A stretch of DNA of 64,000 bases from Octopus vulgaris (lineage: Eukaryota). Every line of letters starts with the position of its first letter. The stretch's first letter is position 1. The stretch covers positions 8,866,001 to 8,930,000 of the forward strand of contig OX597825.1 of assembly GCA_951406725.2 (NCBI GenBank). The letters are read 5' to 3'. Positions 27,714 to 42,284 of the stretch are shown one piece after another. The notes beneath the pieces are model-generated. The model ran no database searches, was not told the origin of the DNA, and saw only the letters and a program-made list of their open reading frames with translations. The translations under genes were made by a program, and so were the position numbers.

Positions 27714-29808
27714 TATGTTCCCAGAAGAGCAGAGAGGATGCCGCAAAGGCTCATATGGCTGTAAAGATCAACTAATGATTAATAAAGCCATAACTGAAGA
27801 CAGCCACAGAAAGAAGAAAGGCCTCAGTATGGCCTGGATTGACTACAAAAAGGCGTTTGATAGCATCCCCCACACATGGATCCTCGAAACACTAGCCATT
27901 AACAAAGTAGCACCAACAATCATAAAATTCATAGAGCACTCTATGAATAAATGGCAAACAGTCCTACACCTCCAAACAAAAGAGGGACTCATGAAAACCA
28001 AAGACATCCCCATTAGAAGAGGAATATTCCAGGGAGACACGCTCTCTCCACTCCTTTTCTGCTTGGCACTGTCACCTCTATCTGATATGCTAAATAGAAC
28101 TGGATGCGGATATAAATGTTACGGCAAAACGATCAGCCACCTTTTATATATGGATGACCTAAAACTATACGCTGCAAATGACAAACAGCTGGAAACACTA
28201 TTAAAGACAGTTCATGGATTTACCAAAGAAATAGATATGAAATTTGGATTAGAAAAATGCGCCAAAGTAACCATGAAAAGAGGAAAACTAGTTAAGAGTA
28301 ACAACATCACACTAGATAAAACCAATGAAATAAAAGAATTAGACCAAAGCCAAACTTACAAATACTTAGGAATCCATGAACTAGATAAGACACAACACAC
28401 ACAAATGAAAGAGAAAATAAAAAAAGAATATTATAGACGAGTTAGATCAATACTAAACACAGAGCTCAATGCTAAAAACAAGATAATAGGTATCAACACT
28501 TTAGCTGTCCCAGTTATAAGTTACAGCTACAATATCCTTAACTGGACACGAAATGAACTGACCAAAATAGATAGGAAAACAAGAAAAATAATGACAGGAT
28601 CTAGGATGCATCACCCAAAATCTGACATAGAAAGACTATATATACAACGTATGGAAGGTGGTAGAGGCCTTATACAACTGGAAAACTACTATAAAATAAC
28701 CACCATAGGACTGCAAAAATATCTACTTCAGAAGGAAGGAAAACTGATCCAGATAGCGGCAAAACACGAGCAAAACAAAAAACTGTTCTCAGTATTTAAG
28801 GAAGCTGACAAATACAAACAAGAAATCATACCACCTAATAAACATGAAGAAGAAGAAGAAGATGAAGAAACAACAAAAGCTATAAAACAAATGAAATCCA
28901 AACTAAAAACAGAACAGCAACGAACCATGATAAAACGATGGCAAGAAAAGCCCCTTCATGGTAAATACTGCACTAAACTAAACGCAAAAGAAATAGACAA
29001 AGAAAAATCCCAGCAATGGTTGAGAAGCTCAGGACTCAAAGCAGAAACAGAGGGATTTTTAATTGCAGCACAAGACCAAAGCCTCCCCACCAGAAATTAC
29101 CAAAAACATGTAATGAAAAGAAATATTACAAGTAACTGCAGAATATGTGGAGATGGACAAGAAACAATAAATCATATTATCTCTAGCTGCCCAGTCCTGG
29201 CTAAGAAGGAATATATTCACAGACATGACAGAGTTGGAACCTACATACATTGGAAGCTATGCCAACATTATGGAATAACAACAGAAAAAAGATGGTATAG
29301 GCACACACCAGAAAAGGTCACAGAAAACGAGAAAGCAACCATACTCTGGGATATGCCGATACACACAGATAGAGAAATTAAGGCCAACAGACCAGATATA
29401 GTTGTCAGAGATCATGAAGAAAAAAATGCTTTTTAATTGATGTATCAATACCGGCAGATGACAACGTGTCTCTAAAAGAAATGGAGAAACTCTCAAAATA
29501 CAAAGACCTGGAAATAGAGGTAACTAGAATGTGGAATCTGAAAACAGAAACAATTCCTATCATAGTAGGTGCATTAGGCATGATAAAAAAATATTCAGAC
29601 AAATACATAACAAAAACACCAGGACTTACAAACACATATAACATACAGAAAATTGCACTACTAGGCACTGCCCACATCCTACGCAGAACACTTTCCATAC
29701 AATAACCATCAGAGCATCACAACAAATCACAGCACATACCCAAGGCACACAGAGCTGCGCTCGGTAGTGAAGTGAAAGCACGCTATAAAAATAAAAATAA
29801 AACTACTG
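27714..29808 (+). mobile_element. R4/Dong-like non-LTR retrotransposon, 5'-truncated, young
   Basis: RT, CCHC and restriction-like endonuclease domains, ~100-bp 3' UTR, (TAA)n on both sides as established for Dong-type elements. Confidence 0.93.
27715..29705 (+). CDS. Reverse transcriptase + CCHC zinc knuckle + PD-(D/E)xK endonuclease, single frameshift near 29420
   Basis: [61 protein letters not shown]; adding one A to the A-run restores [28 protein letters not shown]. Confidence 0.92.
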
Positions 29809-29822
29809 AATAATAATAATAA

Positions 29823-29853
<31 letters not shown>

Positions 29854-29854
29854 C

Positions 29855-30420
29855 CCAGATACAAGAAAATCCGAAAATGGCAGAATTCAAATGCTAGTGC
29901 TCATGGGACGTCACGACAATGTGGTAAGAATCATGCATTGGAAATCACGGCCTACAAAGAGCAAAGACTTGGTATGAGCAAACTTCAGACGGAGTCACAA
30001 AAAATGAGAATTGCAAAATCCTGTTGGATGTAATTCTGAAGTGCGTTCACCCGGCTAAACATCGAAAACTGGATATTGTTGTGGTGAATAAAAAAAACAA
30101 CAAAGAACGTGTATGATAATTGATTTAGCATGCAGCGGTCAGAACAGAATCAATGTGAAAGAAACAGAACAAAAAGAACTATAACGATTTGAAGTGGGAA
30201 ATGCGAAGTTTGTGGTCAATGAGGAGAGTAGACGTGATATCAGAAGTAAATGGAGCACTTGGAAGTATCACCACCCAACGTCCAGCATGCTGAAAACGAT
30301 TGGTGCAAGTGTGAAGGTAGGATTTCTACGAAAATCAGCATTGCTTGGAGCCGCGAAAATATTTCGCAGGGATCTTTGAAGCACGAACACAAAGAAGGGT
30401 GACGTTAGTCTGCTGGCAGG
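29855..30420 (+). mobile_element. Older R4/Dong-like 3' fragment (second lineage)
   Basis: Broken frames include ENCKILLDV, RKLDIVVVNK, MIIDLACS and FLRKSALLGAAKIFRRDL. Confidence 0.75.
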
Positions 30421-30475
30421 GGGCAGCTGACACTTTCCATCATACCCAGCAGCAAAATGAGCTGTGATGTTTCAT

Positions 30476-30499
30476 ATAATAATAATAATAATAATAATA

Positions 30500-30558
<59 letters not shown>

Positions 30559-30593
30559 CAACAATAGTATTAATAATAATGATAATAATAATG

Positions 30594-30630
<37 letters not shown>

Positions 30631-30643
30631 CAACAACAATAGT

Positions 30644-30741
<98 letters not shown>

Positions 30742-30750
30742 TAATAATAA
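30476..30750. repeat. (TAA)n array with a duplicated interrupting motif
   Basis: CAACAACAATAGTATT occurs twice inside the array. Confidence 0.95.
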
Positions 30751-31150
<400 letters not shown>

Positions 31151-31464
31151 GAAACTCTCAAAATACAAAGACCTGGAAATAGAGGTAACTAGAATGTGGA
31201 ATCTGAAAACAGAAACAATTCCTATCATAGTAGGTGCATTAGGCATGATAAAAAAATATTAAGACATATACATAACAAAAACACCAGGACTTACAAACAC
31301 ATATAACATACAGAAAATTGCACTACTAGGCACTGCACACATCATACGCAGAACACTTTCCATACAATAACCACCAGAGCATCACAACAAATCACAGCAC
31401 ATCCCCAAGACACACAGAGCTGCGCTCTGTAGTGAAGTGAAAGCACGCTATAAAAATAAAACTA

Positions 31465-31467
<3 letters not shown>
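31151..31467 (+). mobile_element. R4/Dong-like LINE, 3'-terminal ~320 bp copy
   Basis: Near-identical to 29486-29808 with scattered substitutions; followed by (TAA)n. Confidence 0.93.
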
Positions 31468-31555
<88 letters not shown>

Positions 31556-31566
31556 TTAATAATAAT

Positions 31567-31619
<53 letters not shown>

Positions 31620-31631
31620 TAATAATAATAA

Positions 31632-32075
31632 TATCTGCTCAATACCACAGATTTGCTTGTCAGTTGTTTGACCTTAACCAGTTGAGCATGTCCCTTAGTG
31701 GCTGACTATATGTGCATCTCTGATCACGAGCAGAAGTAGTGGGGGAGCATCATAGCCATGTGTTGAGAGGGATTCTTTTGGGTTTGAATAGTTCACCTCT
31801 GGAAACATGGGTGGTTCTTTCAACATCCTTAAACAACCCTTATTCAGGGACCACTTGAGCGGGATGAGCTACTCAGCCTGAAGAAAATTCTAACTGGGCC
31901 CCACCTGCAAGGTCATGTGCTGTTTATCTTGATATGAGATCACCATGTCGCGCACATATGGTTGTGATGCATGTGCCTGGTGTACCTCTATCAGACGGGT
32001 AGTCATGATGGGTATATTGGGCTTCGTATATTTTACCCCATTGTCACTTTGATGGCATGAACTGCTCTCTCACTC
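31632..32075. mobile_element. Element X, second copy, truncated on the left
   Basis: Colinear with about 27188-27632, with multiple substitutions. Confidence 0.85.
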
Positions 32076-32984
32076 AATAATAATAATGTTGTGTTTTGTT
32101 GTTGCTCGGCGTTGGATGTTCTTTGTTTCTGCTCGTATAAGATTTAAGATTATTTGTTTTTGCTTGCTGTTCTATTATTTGCTGAATGTTTTTAGAGATT
32201 TTGCTGAAGATGGACACCGATTTTATTTTGTGAAGCTGGGGATAGTTAGCGTAGATAGTACCTGTGGGCCTTAGGGGATGATAGTCTCAGTGGTTTGAGT
32301 TACCCTTACGCCGTTGACAGATTAATCTATCTGCCCTCAACATTTTCATTACTAGCAATATTTTAACTTAAAACATAGAGTAACAAAGCTAAATACTGAA
32401 AATATATATTGCATTTAAATATATATAGGCTTTGTGTTGCATTTTTTTAAAATATAAGCAAAAATAGACACTTGTATACGTGATTTCCCATTCTATCTTA
32501 GATGTTTCAAAGGAAAAAATAATAAATATATAAACGTGATGAAAGCTTTTGTGTAATGTTTTGTAGAACTCAAAACATTCCTTTTCACTTCAGGTTACAT
32601 TGCTGTGACTTTCATAAAAAGTGTCAATGCTGGCGTCAAATAAGATATGCTGTTGCATCTTAGCAACAATGGAGCCCCTACGACGACAGCGATATGACAC
32701 AGATTCGAAATACTACATTTGATGGAACTAGAAGTAGAGCGCTGACTAATAAATTATTACACAAATTTCAATAATTAAAGGAAGGTCAACTCCCATGCGA
32801 TTACTTTCTCCCCAACGTGATAATTAATGAGGATTATTCTGAAGCTTCTAAAACTATTCTACACAGCTACATCATTCGTATTCGTTAATCCTGTACTGAT
32901 ATTGAAAAGTATAAAGAATGAACAATGATACAATGAAATCCAAACAAAATTAAGATGTAAGGTTAAAAGAAAAGTATCTATAGA

Positions 32985-33097
32985 ATAGGCTTGAAACGTA
33001 AAAGATTTATTCCATTTTCCCGAACGTCAAACGAATACTCTTGCTTGTTGTTCCTACACCTGTCTTCGCCTTTTGTTTTCCTACAAAATTGAACCTA
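32985..33097 (+). mobile_element. Short Penelope-LTR-like fragment
   Basis: TAGGCTTGAAACGTAAAAGA...ACACCTGTCTTCG.C.TTTGTTTT matches the family. Confidence 0.65.
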
Positions 33098-33364
33098 CAC
33101 ACACAGACACACACACGCACACACACACACACACATACACACACACACAAACACACATACATACAGGCACACAAGCACAAAGAGTGACAAAGAAGTTTTA
33201 ATTGCACATACAGAGAATACACCCAAAAACAAGCATAAGTACGTGTCTACGTACCTACGTATGTATGTATGTATGTACGTACTTACGTACGTACGTACGT
33301 ATGTATTTATGTATGTATGTATGTATTATGTATGTATATATGTATGTATATGTAACCACATGTG

Positions 33365-33558
33365 AATCGTTGGCGATCTTCTTCCTCCGTCTTCCCTTCT
33401 TTAGGACTTTCCTTTATTTCTGAAAAAAGAGTTTTGCTCGAAACGTTAAACCATATTTCTTTCCTTCTCTGTGCGTCTGCTAATATATTACATGTACCAT
33501 GTCCTCGTGTCGTTGATTTTCATGTTTCTTCTTCTTCTTTTTTCTTGGATTTACTATA
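33365..33558 (+). mobile_element. Related Penelope-LTR-like element with decayed hammerhead
   Basis: TTT-CTGAAAAAA-GAGT ttt GCTC-GAAA-C-GTT-AAA at 33417-33450. Confidence 0.5.
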
Positions 33559-33888
33559 TGTATATATACTTACACAAAGACATACAAAAGAAATTACAAT
33601 AATCCCTCCAAAAATAAAACTATTTCATAAAATATTAAATAAAAAACACCAACTAGATTACGGCTGGAACGTAACAGCTTATTGTAAGTAGCCGACCTCA
33701 TTTGCAGATGCTCTTTTCGCTGAATGTTTTGTGCGTGGCAGGGTTACTCTTCGCAATTGTTTAATATAATAGCACCTGGAATGAAAAAGAATAATTACAT
33801 TTTAAATTCTACAGCGCTGAAAACATATTAAGACGCTTAGATTAGAACTTTTGAAAATGAAAGGTATCTATTTACTTCCTGCATGTCA

Positions 33889-33957
<69 letters not shown>

Positions 33958-33959
33958 TT

Positions 33960-34151
33960 CAGTCAGTCGCCATGATAGATCGTTACCCAGTACACATTTT
34001 TTCACTCCTTGTTTCTCCCCTTGTTTTTTCTGACCCCTTTCTGTAGAAGAGCGTAGGCTAGAAACGTATAATACTTTTTCTATTCCTGAGCGTTATACTA
34101 ATACATCTGTTTGTTTTGTACACCACCTGTCTTCGTCTTTTGTTTTTTCGT

Positions 34152-34160
<9 letters not shown>
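33960..34160 (+). mobile_element. Short Penelope-LTR-like element between (TA)n tracts
   Basis: CTTT-CTGTAGA-A-GAGC gtag GCTA-GAAACGTA at 34037-34068, plus the family tail. Confidence 0.7.
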
Positions 34161-34248
<88 letters not shown>

Positions 34249-34261
34249 TACTTATAAGTAA

Positions 34262-34591
34262 GAGCGATGGAATGCGCTAGAAGTAGATGTCAAATACCTA
34301 CAATCCACTCTAAATTTCTTCTCTATTTATATCCCCAGGTCGAATGCGATGTAATGCTCAACAAGATTTACGAAAATTGCGGATAATCCTGTAATCCTGT
34401 ATCTTAAGATTTCATGTAATCTTAATTACAGAGCATAAAATCTTAGGATATAGGATTATCCGAAATTTTCTAAATCAACTCGCTCATTATCTCGCATTTA
34501 ACCTGGAGTTATAAACAGAGAACAAATTTAGAGTGCATTGTAGGTATCTGTCATCTACTTCTAGCGTATATATGCTGGCATTCCAGCGCCC
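34262..34591. mobile_element. Fold-back palindromic MITE (PIF/Harbinger Tourist-like)
   Basis: The whole element is an imperfect palindrome centred near 34420; ends GAGCGATGGAATGC / GCATTCCAGCGCCC, flanked by TAA and TTA. Confidence 0.7.
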
Positions 34592-34646
34592 TTAATTATA
34601 ATTATGTTTTTAGAATTATATACTTAAAGATTAATCTTCCCAAAGT

Positions 34647-34806
<160 letters not shown>

Positions 34807-35273
34807 TGTAAGGAACCATAATTGGTTATTTCTTTCAATTCTGGTGAAGTGTCTACTTTCTTAAGTGTTACTTAGTTTAAACAACCCTCAGATGAACAGT
34901 GCTCATAGCTTTGTTGCATATCTCAATGTTCAGATGGGAACCTCACTTTTCATAAACTTACAAATGGAAAGGAGAGTTGGGCATGGTACAAGTAGAGTAA
35001 CATGACATGTGACATCCACTTGACAAAGTTTGCACGTAGCTGTGATCACTGGTTACACTACTTAACACAATTTTACTTTCCTGTATGTGAGTTACTGCTG
35101 AGTGTATTTCATTTGACCGTTGTCACAATGGAATTAGGGAATTGTTTCAATTGATTTTGTCAATGAATAATAATTTACGCCAGATTGCCTAATATCATGG
35201 TTTCTCTTTCATTTATTTTATTATAGTTTTGCTGTTGAACCCCATCTGGATATTAACCAGCTTGGATTAATAA

Positions 35274-35412
35274 CTATTTCTTTACTACCCATAAGGGGCT
35301 AAACACAGAGGAGACAAACAAGGACAGACGAAAGGATTAAGTCGATTACATCAACCCCAGTGCGTAACTAGTACTTATTTAATCGACCCCGAAAGGATGA
35401 AAGGCAAAGTCT
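35274..35412 (-). mobile_element. Meta/MESC-like SINE 3' half
   Basis: Matches 12653-12790. Confidence 0.85.
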
Positions 35413-36559
35413 AATTTGGCTTCCATGTTTAAGCGGTTGTATATTTTAAATTCAAAACGTCGACAACACTTAGCGGTATATTCAGATATAATGCAAAGGC
35501 TCCGTCGTTTGCACGAGGCAATTTTGATTTGTTAGTTGATGGATTATTCAAATCCCTATAGCTTCGGACATAATGGTTATTTATAGTTTCAAGCGTTCGT
35601 TTATGTATAGATTTGAAGTATCACAGAAACGGACGCAGAATGTTGACATTCAAGATTTCTTAAAATATAAAGCAATTTCGTGCTTAGATTAGCAGAAAGG
35701 AATTAAAACCTTCCTCTTGAAAACGTTCAATTAAATTATCTCCTGCTGATACAAGAAAATTCAAGCCATTTCGCATAAATTTAAAATAAGATATGAAAGG
35801 TTATAATTAAAGTATGCTAGCAACAGACTCAGTTTGCACAATATTCTGTGTTCTTTCATTTTTACGATTATAAAATACATACATGTAATCGTGTTGACTA
35901 CGTTATATATTATATAATCTGGAAGTGAATCAAACATGGAAACAGAAGATATCTTATATATTGATTTCTTTATTTTTAACACACCCATAATTTCCGGTTG
36001 GATAACAGCGATATCATAATATCACTACAGAATTACAGTGGTCTTTGAGAAGAACGTAAAATTCTTAGGATTCCAGCCTTAGATATTTGGTAACGGTTTT
36101 CGTAGAATTTAGCTTAAATAACTTCAGTTTGGAGAAATTGGTATTTATGTAATATTATCTCATCTCCTATGGTGTGGAACGTCGTGGCTGTCTTCAAGCA
36201 TCCGTAAAGTATACGCACACACGCACACTTAAGATCGCACGCGTGGACACACACACACACACAAATATATATAAATACGTCGGTGTTTAAGTGTATGTAT
36301 ACATGCATATGTATATAAATAGACAGACTGAGACGCAGATAGACAGAGAGATATGCACAAATATGCTTGACATTTAAGTATATTCTCAAATATAAATTTA
36401 GATAGAATGAAGAGATAAATTTCTGTTTGTGATTCACGATTAAATATTATGTGAAACAACGTTCAACTTTGATGGCCACTTTACCAATTTTGCTCGCCAA
36501 TAACAAATTTCAAATTTAACAACAATAAATACGACGGCAAGACACGGTGATGTGCACAG

Positions 36560-37330
36560 TGAGAGCTAGCAGTGACCTTCATGAGGCAGAGTGCCGAGTG
36601 ACATAATTGTGTTATCAAGTCGTGAAATTTATGAATTTTGTGATTACCTATATGCTGTAGCATGTGATTTTGTCATGAACAAGAAGAAAGAGCCAACGTG
36701 AAATTTTCCGTTGAACTTGGGGTGTCTACTACAAAGACATCGAGCATGCTTCAGCTCGTATGCTTCAGGGTCGTATGCAATGTTTCGTGTGTCACGGGCA
36801 CTTCAAAAGAGGAAGAACGTTCATGGAAGAGGATGAGCGATCTGGAAGACCTACCATGACCGTCAATCGAGAGTTCTACTGCGACGGTTGAAGCGCTTGA
36901 GGGAGGACTTTCAGCGAAAGCGACCGGATCTGTACAAAATGAAGAACTAGATTCGATTCTTCACGATGGCAATGCCCCATGACACCCTGAAAGCGAACTC
37001 TCTTTACTTGTGAGTTTCTCGTCCTAAAAGACTTAGTATCGCTTAAGCACCCGCTGTATTTGTCAGATTCAGCACCTGTGGACTACTATCTCTCCCCAAA
37101 GAAGAAAATGCAGATCAAAGCTCATCGTTTTAACACAGCTGTCCAGATCCAGAGCGAATTGCAGAAGGTCCTTGACTCCTTAAGGATTTCAAAAGTGGAA
37201 GGATCACTTGGACCAGTGTACTGTTGCGCAAGGTGACTATTTCGAAGATGATGTTAAAAGTTAAGTAAATAAGTCGCTTTTCTTTTTATTAAACATGACT
37301 AGTCCTGGAAGTGTTTGATACCACCTGGTA
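36560..37330 (+). mobile_element. Internally deleted mariner remnant
   Basis: ERANVKFSVELG...HFKRGRTFMEEDERSGRP, HDGNAP, HPLYLSDSAPVDYYL (YSPDLAP-like); right TIR-like CTAGTCCTGGAAGTGTTTGATACCACCTGGTA. Confidence 0.85.
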
Positions 37331-37658
37331 CGTCACTAGTCCAGCTTCGATGAACTACCACCATTTGTATAAGACAATCTGCGAAAATCACTAATAAATG
37401 GAAAATAGATACTCACATGCGCTCATATATATAGGGACACCTTTAAATCCAGCTATACATTTAGTATACGCACTTGTTCAGGCTTCAGGGGAAAATACCT
37501 GCAAGAACATTTTCGATATAAAAGACTGAGACAACTCCATTTAAAATGACAAATGATAGTCCACTGAAACTGTTACTGCGTACGTAGATGGTAACATGTT
37601 TTACCACTGATGAATTTTTAAATCCAACATAATCATGCATAATCATGCAGTGATAAAT

Positions 37659-38075
37659 GGCGCAGGAGTGGCTGTGTGGTAAGTAGCTTGCTAACCAACC
37701 ACATGGTCCCGGGTTCAGTCCCACTGCGTGGCATCTTGGGCAAGTGTCTTCTGCTGTAGCCCCGGGCCGACCAATGCCTTGTGAGTGGATTTGGTAGACG
37801 GAAACTGAATGACGCATGTCGTATATATGTATATATATATATGTATATGTATGTGTGTGTATATGTTTGTGTGTCTGTGTTTGTCCCCCTAGCATTGCTT
37901 GACAACTGATGCTGGTGTGTTTACGTCCCCGTTACTTAGCGGTTCGGCAAAAGAGACCGATAGAATAAGTACTGGGCTTACAAAGAATAAGTCCCGGGTC
38001 GAGTTGCTCGATTAAAGGCGGTGCTCCAGCATGGCCGCAGTCAAATGACTGAAACAAGTAAAAGAGTAAAAGAGT
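37659..38075 (+). mobile_element. tRNA-derived octopus-type SINE with a 20-21-bp TSD
   Basis: ATAATCATGCAGTGATAAAT(G) flanks both ends (37639-37658 and 38076-38095). Confidence 0.95.
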
Positions 38076-39087
38076 ATAATCATGCAGTGATAAATGCTAC
38101 TCAGTTTTAAGTCTGAGTTGATTTCTTATAAGAAAGAGATTTATACCTTTTCGATCAAAGAAGACATAACTATGATTTTCCCTTTCTTTTCCATTTCTTC
38201 CACCCCGCTATTTTTGCATTCACCTTCCTCTCGGGTTTTCTCGTCATTACGCTTCATGTATTTCTCTGATTTTAACTAGTATAGGCTTCTGCGAAGAGCC
38301 CGACGATTGCTTCAAGGCACAAGGTCTGTTATTAAAATCTGCCTAGAATGGAACAATCTGCTTTCAACGTAAGGAGCTATTAGTGGTTCAAAACTATATA
38401 ATGTGTACACTAACTAATATATGAAATGCACACACACATGTGTATGTATATATCTATCTTTCTGTATACACACACACACACACACACACTCACACACACA
38501 TATATATATATATAAATATATATCCATACATATATGTATGTATGTGCGTGTGTATGTATACATTTTTAGAGAGAATGAGGTACATAATATGTCCAATTTA
38601 GATTCTAATTTCTTGTCTTCAGTAATATCTTTTAAAATGAACGTTAAAAGAATTCTCAAGGTATCTGGGACAAGTAAGTAGCGATTTATCAAAACGAGCA
38701 TGGGTAGATTAAATTCTGGGGGACACATTTTCTGTGAGATTGATTTATCTCTCCATTCACGTATTCCTGTAAATTAAATGTGTCTATGAATGATAGAGAG
38801 CTGTTCAGGTGGTTATTGCATAGTTAGAATATTAGAATTCAAGTAAATATAATGAGCTGTTGTGATGTGAAAATAATTGCACACACTCTGATAATATCTG
38901 ATGACATTTTCTCAGCAAGAAATAATTAAAAACAGTGGTAAGAAGCGTATCAAAATTGAAATATAGATCTAATAATATATTATTGTACTGAAAAACCTTC
39001 TGTTTTCTAGACACGTGAATATACATAGATACAAACATACAAACATACATACATATATACATACATGCATACATACATATATATATG

Positions 39088-39146
<59 letters not shown>

Positions 39147-39401
39147 GCAACAATATTCTAGTGATGATGAATTTCCGATAAATAATGTTTGCAAGTCTAA
39201 TGAGCAATCATATCACATAGCCGTCAGTTCGCTAGCTTTACACTAAATTATAATTTTGTTATTATTAATGGCAAGAGGAAAATGGAGGCTAAAATACATT
39301 GAATATCCGCGAGTGTTTATCTGTATGTATTTATATATACTGATGCACACCTAAGAACATATGAATATCTATATGTGTGTGTATATATATATATACGTGT
39401 G

Positions 39402-39477
<76 letters not shown>

Positions 39478-39480
<3 letters not shown>

Positions 39481-39995
39481 TGAGAAGCTTGGTTCCCAGC
39501 CTCATTATTCCGGGCAAATGTATTCTACTATAGCCTCGGGCCGACCAAAGTTTGGAGAGTGGATTTGGTAGACGGAAACTGTAAAAAGCTCGTCGGCGTT
39601 AAATCTACAAATTGCTTTTTATTGTCTCACTGTTTATTTCCTCCTGTTCCTTTCTGTTGAAGAGCCTAGGCTCGAAACGTAAAAGACTTTGTCACCATTC
39701 CGACCGTGAAAACAATACACCTGTTTGCTGTTTATACTCCTGTCTTCGTCTGTAAATTTCAACTATGCATGTGTGTGTTTTTATATCTGTCTATCGGTGT
39801 TTGTCCCACATCCATTACTTGGCATCCGATGCTGGTGAGTTTATGTACCTCTAATCTAGGGATTCGCCCAAAGTGACCGATAAAATAAATATTTACGAAG
39901 AATAAACCGTTGGCTCGATTTCATCGACTAAAAACCTTTAAAGCGGTGCTCTAGCATGGTCGCAGTCCTATGACTGAACCAAGTGAAAGAATGGA
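39478..39995 (+). mobile_element. Degenerate octopus-type SINE with nested insertion
   Basis: Head and tail are recognisable; the centre carries a Penelope-LTR-like element. Confidence 0.8.
39650..39685 (+). ncRNA. Hammerhead-like motif, A6U variant
   Basis: CTTT-CTGTTGA-A-GAGC ctag GCTC-GAAA-C-GTA-AAAG. Confidence 0.6.
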
Positions 39996-41835
39996 AGAAA
40001 ATATTATATAGATGTAGAATAAATCAACGGTAGCACATTCTTCTTAAAGCGAAAAAAAATCTACGAAGATTGTAGGACATAGAACTATCAGCAGAGTTTA
40101 TGGCAACTGTAATTTTTATCATAAGACCCGAGTTATATCTCGCTGCGATGTTCAGGTAAGAAATGTTTATTATGAGAGCACATGCTTTATTTTTTCTTTG
40201 TTTAATTAACTAATCAAGGATTCTTTATATTGTATTTAGAAATATTTTTTTGATTGAAGTTAAAAGAATCGTGCACTCTTTCACTGTAAAAGCATCTTCA
40301 AGTTTGAGTAATTCTTGTAATTTAAGTTTCAATAATTCTCAAATTATAGGTTTATTTAAATCAGAAGAGTACCACCAACATGAATCCTTTATATTTAATG
40401 CCGCATCGAAAAATCTGATGCTGTAGTCAAAAGCATGCGATGATAAGCAAACGGTTAATAATATGAAGATTTGGTTGAAATCTCACATTTGTCAAGCAAA
40501 ATTCAAATAAAGACGAATTCATCAAATTGATTATGTTCTTAAAATTTATAAATGCATATTACGTTTAGGTAAGAATGGATTGTGATGCTTAACCAAGGAT
40601 CAGATTATTAGCTCACTAGTATGAGCCTAATTCACTTCAACTTATGACGGGTGACGGGGGACATACCAAGAATTTATTCGTATTTATTTTGAACGACGGA
40701 AGCAATATTAGTATTGAATAACATCCTGTATGACTTACCAAGATAGACACGCTATAAGAACACAAGAATACTGTGGGCTTTCGTCATGGGGACCCATCTA
40801 GTATAAACATATAATGCTAATTATATGAGTATCGGATGAAAAGCGTCTCTAGCGATACTTCTATGGGTTTTAGCTTTGTGCAACTCGAGAAGATGCCTTC
40901 TCCAGATAAATACTGCTCTTTCTTACAATATATGCACGTTAAATAATATATATAAAGCACTCTTCTGAATTAATACTACTTCTGCCGCAAGTAAACGAAT
41001 TCCTATTTATTCTCAAACCAATTTAAGTTAACTACAAATTGTCATAAAAGAACGCACAACATGAATAATTGAAATTAAATTTTCTTTCTAAATGTACATT
41101 TGATATAAAGCAAATATTTATGCATACCAATCCTATGAATCATAGGTGCCCTTCTACTAAAAAATTTCATTAATTAAATAGGATCTGATATTCACAAGAT
41201 TTATGAGTTTCGATAAAATTCACGACTTTATAATTAGAATTGCGAAAATTTAACAACCCACTTCTTATACGCATTCTCAACTAACATCGATGTACATGCA
41301 CGCGCATATATATATAAACACCATCACGCACGCATATCTGTGAGAGTGTGGACATCTACGAGTGTGCAAACACACAGACAGGAACATACATAAATATGCT
41401 ATTTAAGGAAACTGTAATTATGTAAAAAGACGAATAAATTCTCGAAAGTAAACACTGAAATACATGGGAGAAACTAATTCATTAGAATCAGGAATTATAC
41501 CAGAATCGAAGTTAAAATAAAGCTCGGTAAATTAATTTCCGTTCGAAACGTAGAAATGTAATTTGTCCGTATCCAATAAGCAATTGGAGAGTTTAGAACG
41601 GATTGTACTTATGGCACTGGAAAGGCAAATGAAGAATATAGCACTCTCTTACCTGTAATCAACGAAATCAACACACCTACTTATAGGTCATTAAATGATG
41701 CGATAGTTACAACATCGAATATATACCAATGACCTATAATTTTCTGGCATCGGATCAGCTGCAGGAATTCCTCAGAAATCGAAAAATTTGGCACCATATC
41801 TTGTTGGATGGGGAAAATCTTTTCATTAACATGCC

Positions 41836-41891
<56 letters not shown>

Positions 41892-42113
41892 CGCGCGAGA
41901 GAGTGAGAGAGACAGAGAGAGAAATATGCATATATATATATATATATCATTATAATTTAGGGTATCTTAGAAATACCACCACGCTTAAAATAGCAGCCAA
42001 AAATTGACTCTAAAACCAGATTAAAAGTTCATACAGCACCAAGAGAGAAGACAAAAAGACAAAATAAACATGCAAAAAAATTACTGAATTTTACCTATAA
42101 ATATATATATATT

Positions 42114-42144
<31 letters not shown>

Positions 42145-42160
42145 ATATATATATATATAT

Positions 42161-42197
<37 letters not shown>

Positions 42198-42253
42198 CAG
42201 ATAAATATAGATATACATATATATATATATACTCCCCACGCGCGCGCGCACTC

Positions 42254-42284
<31 letters not shown>

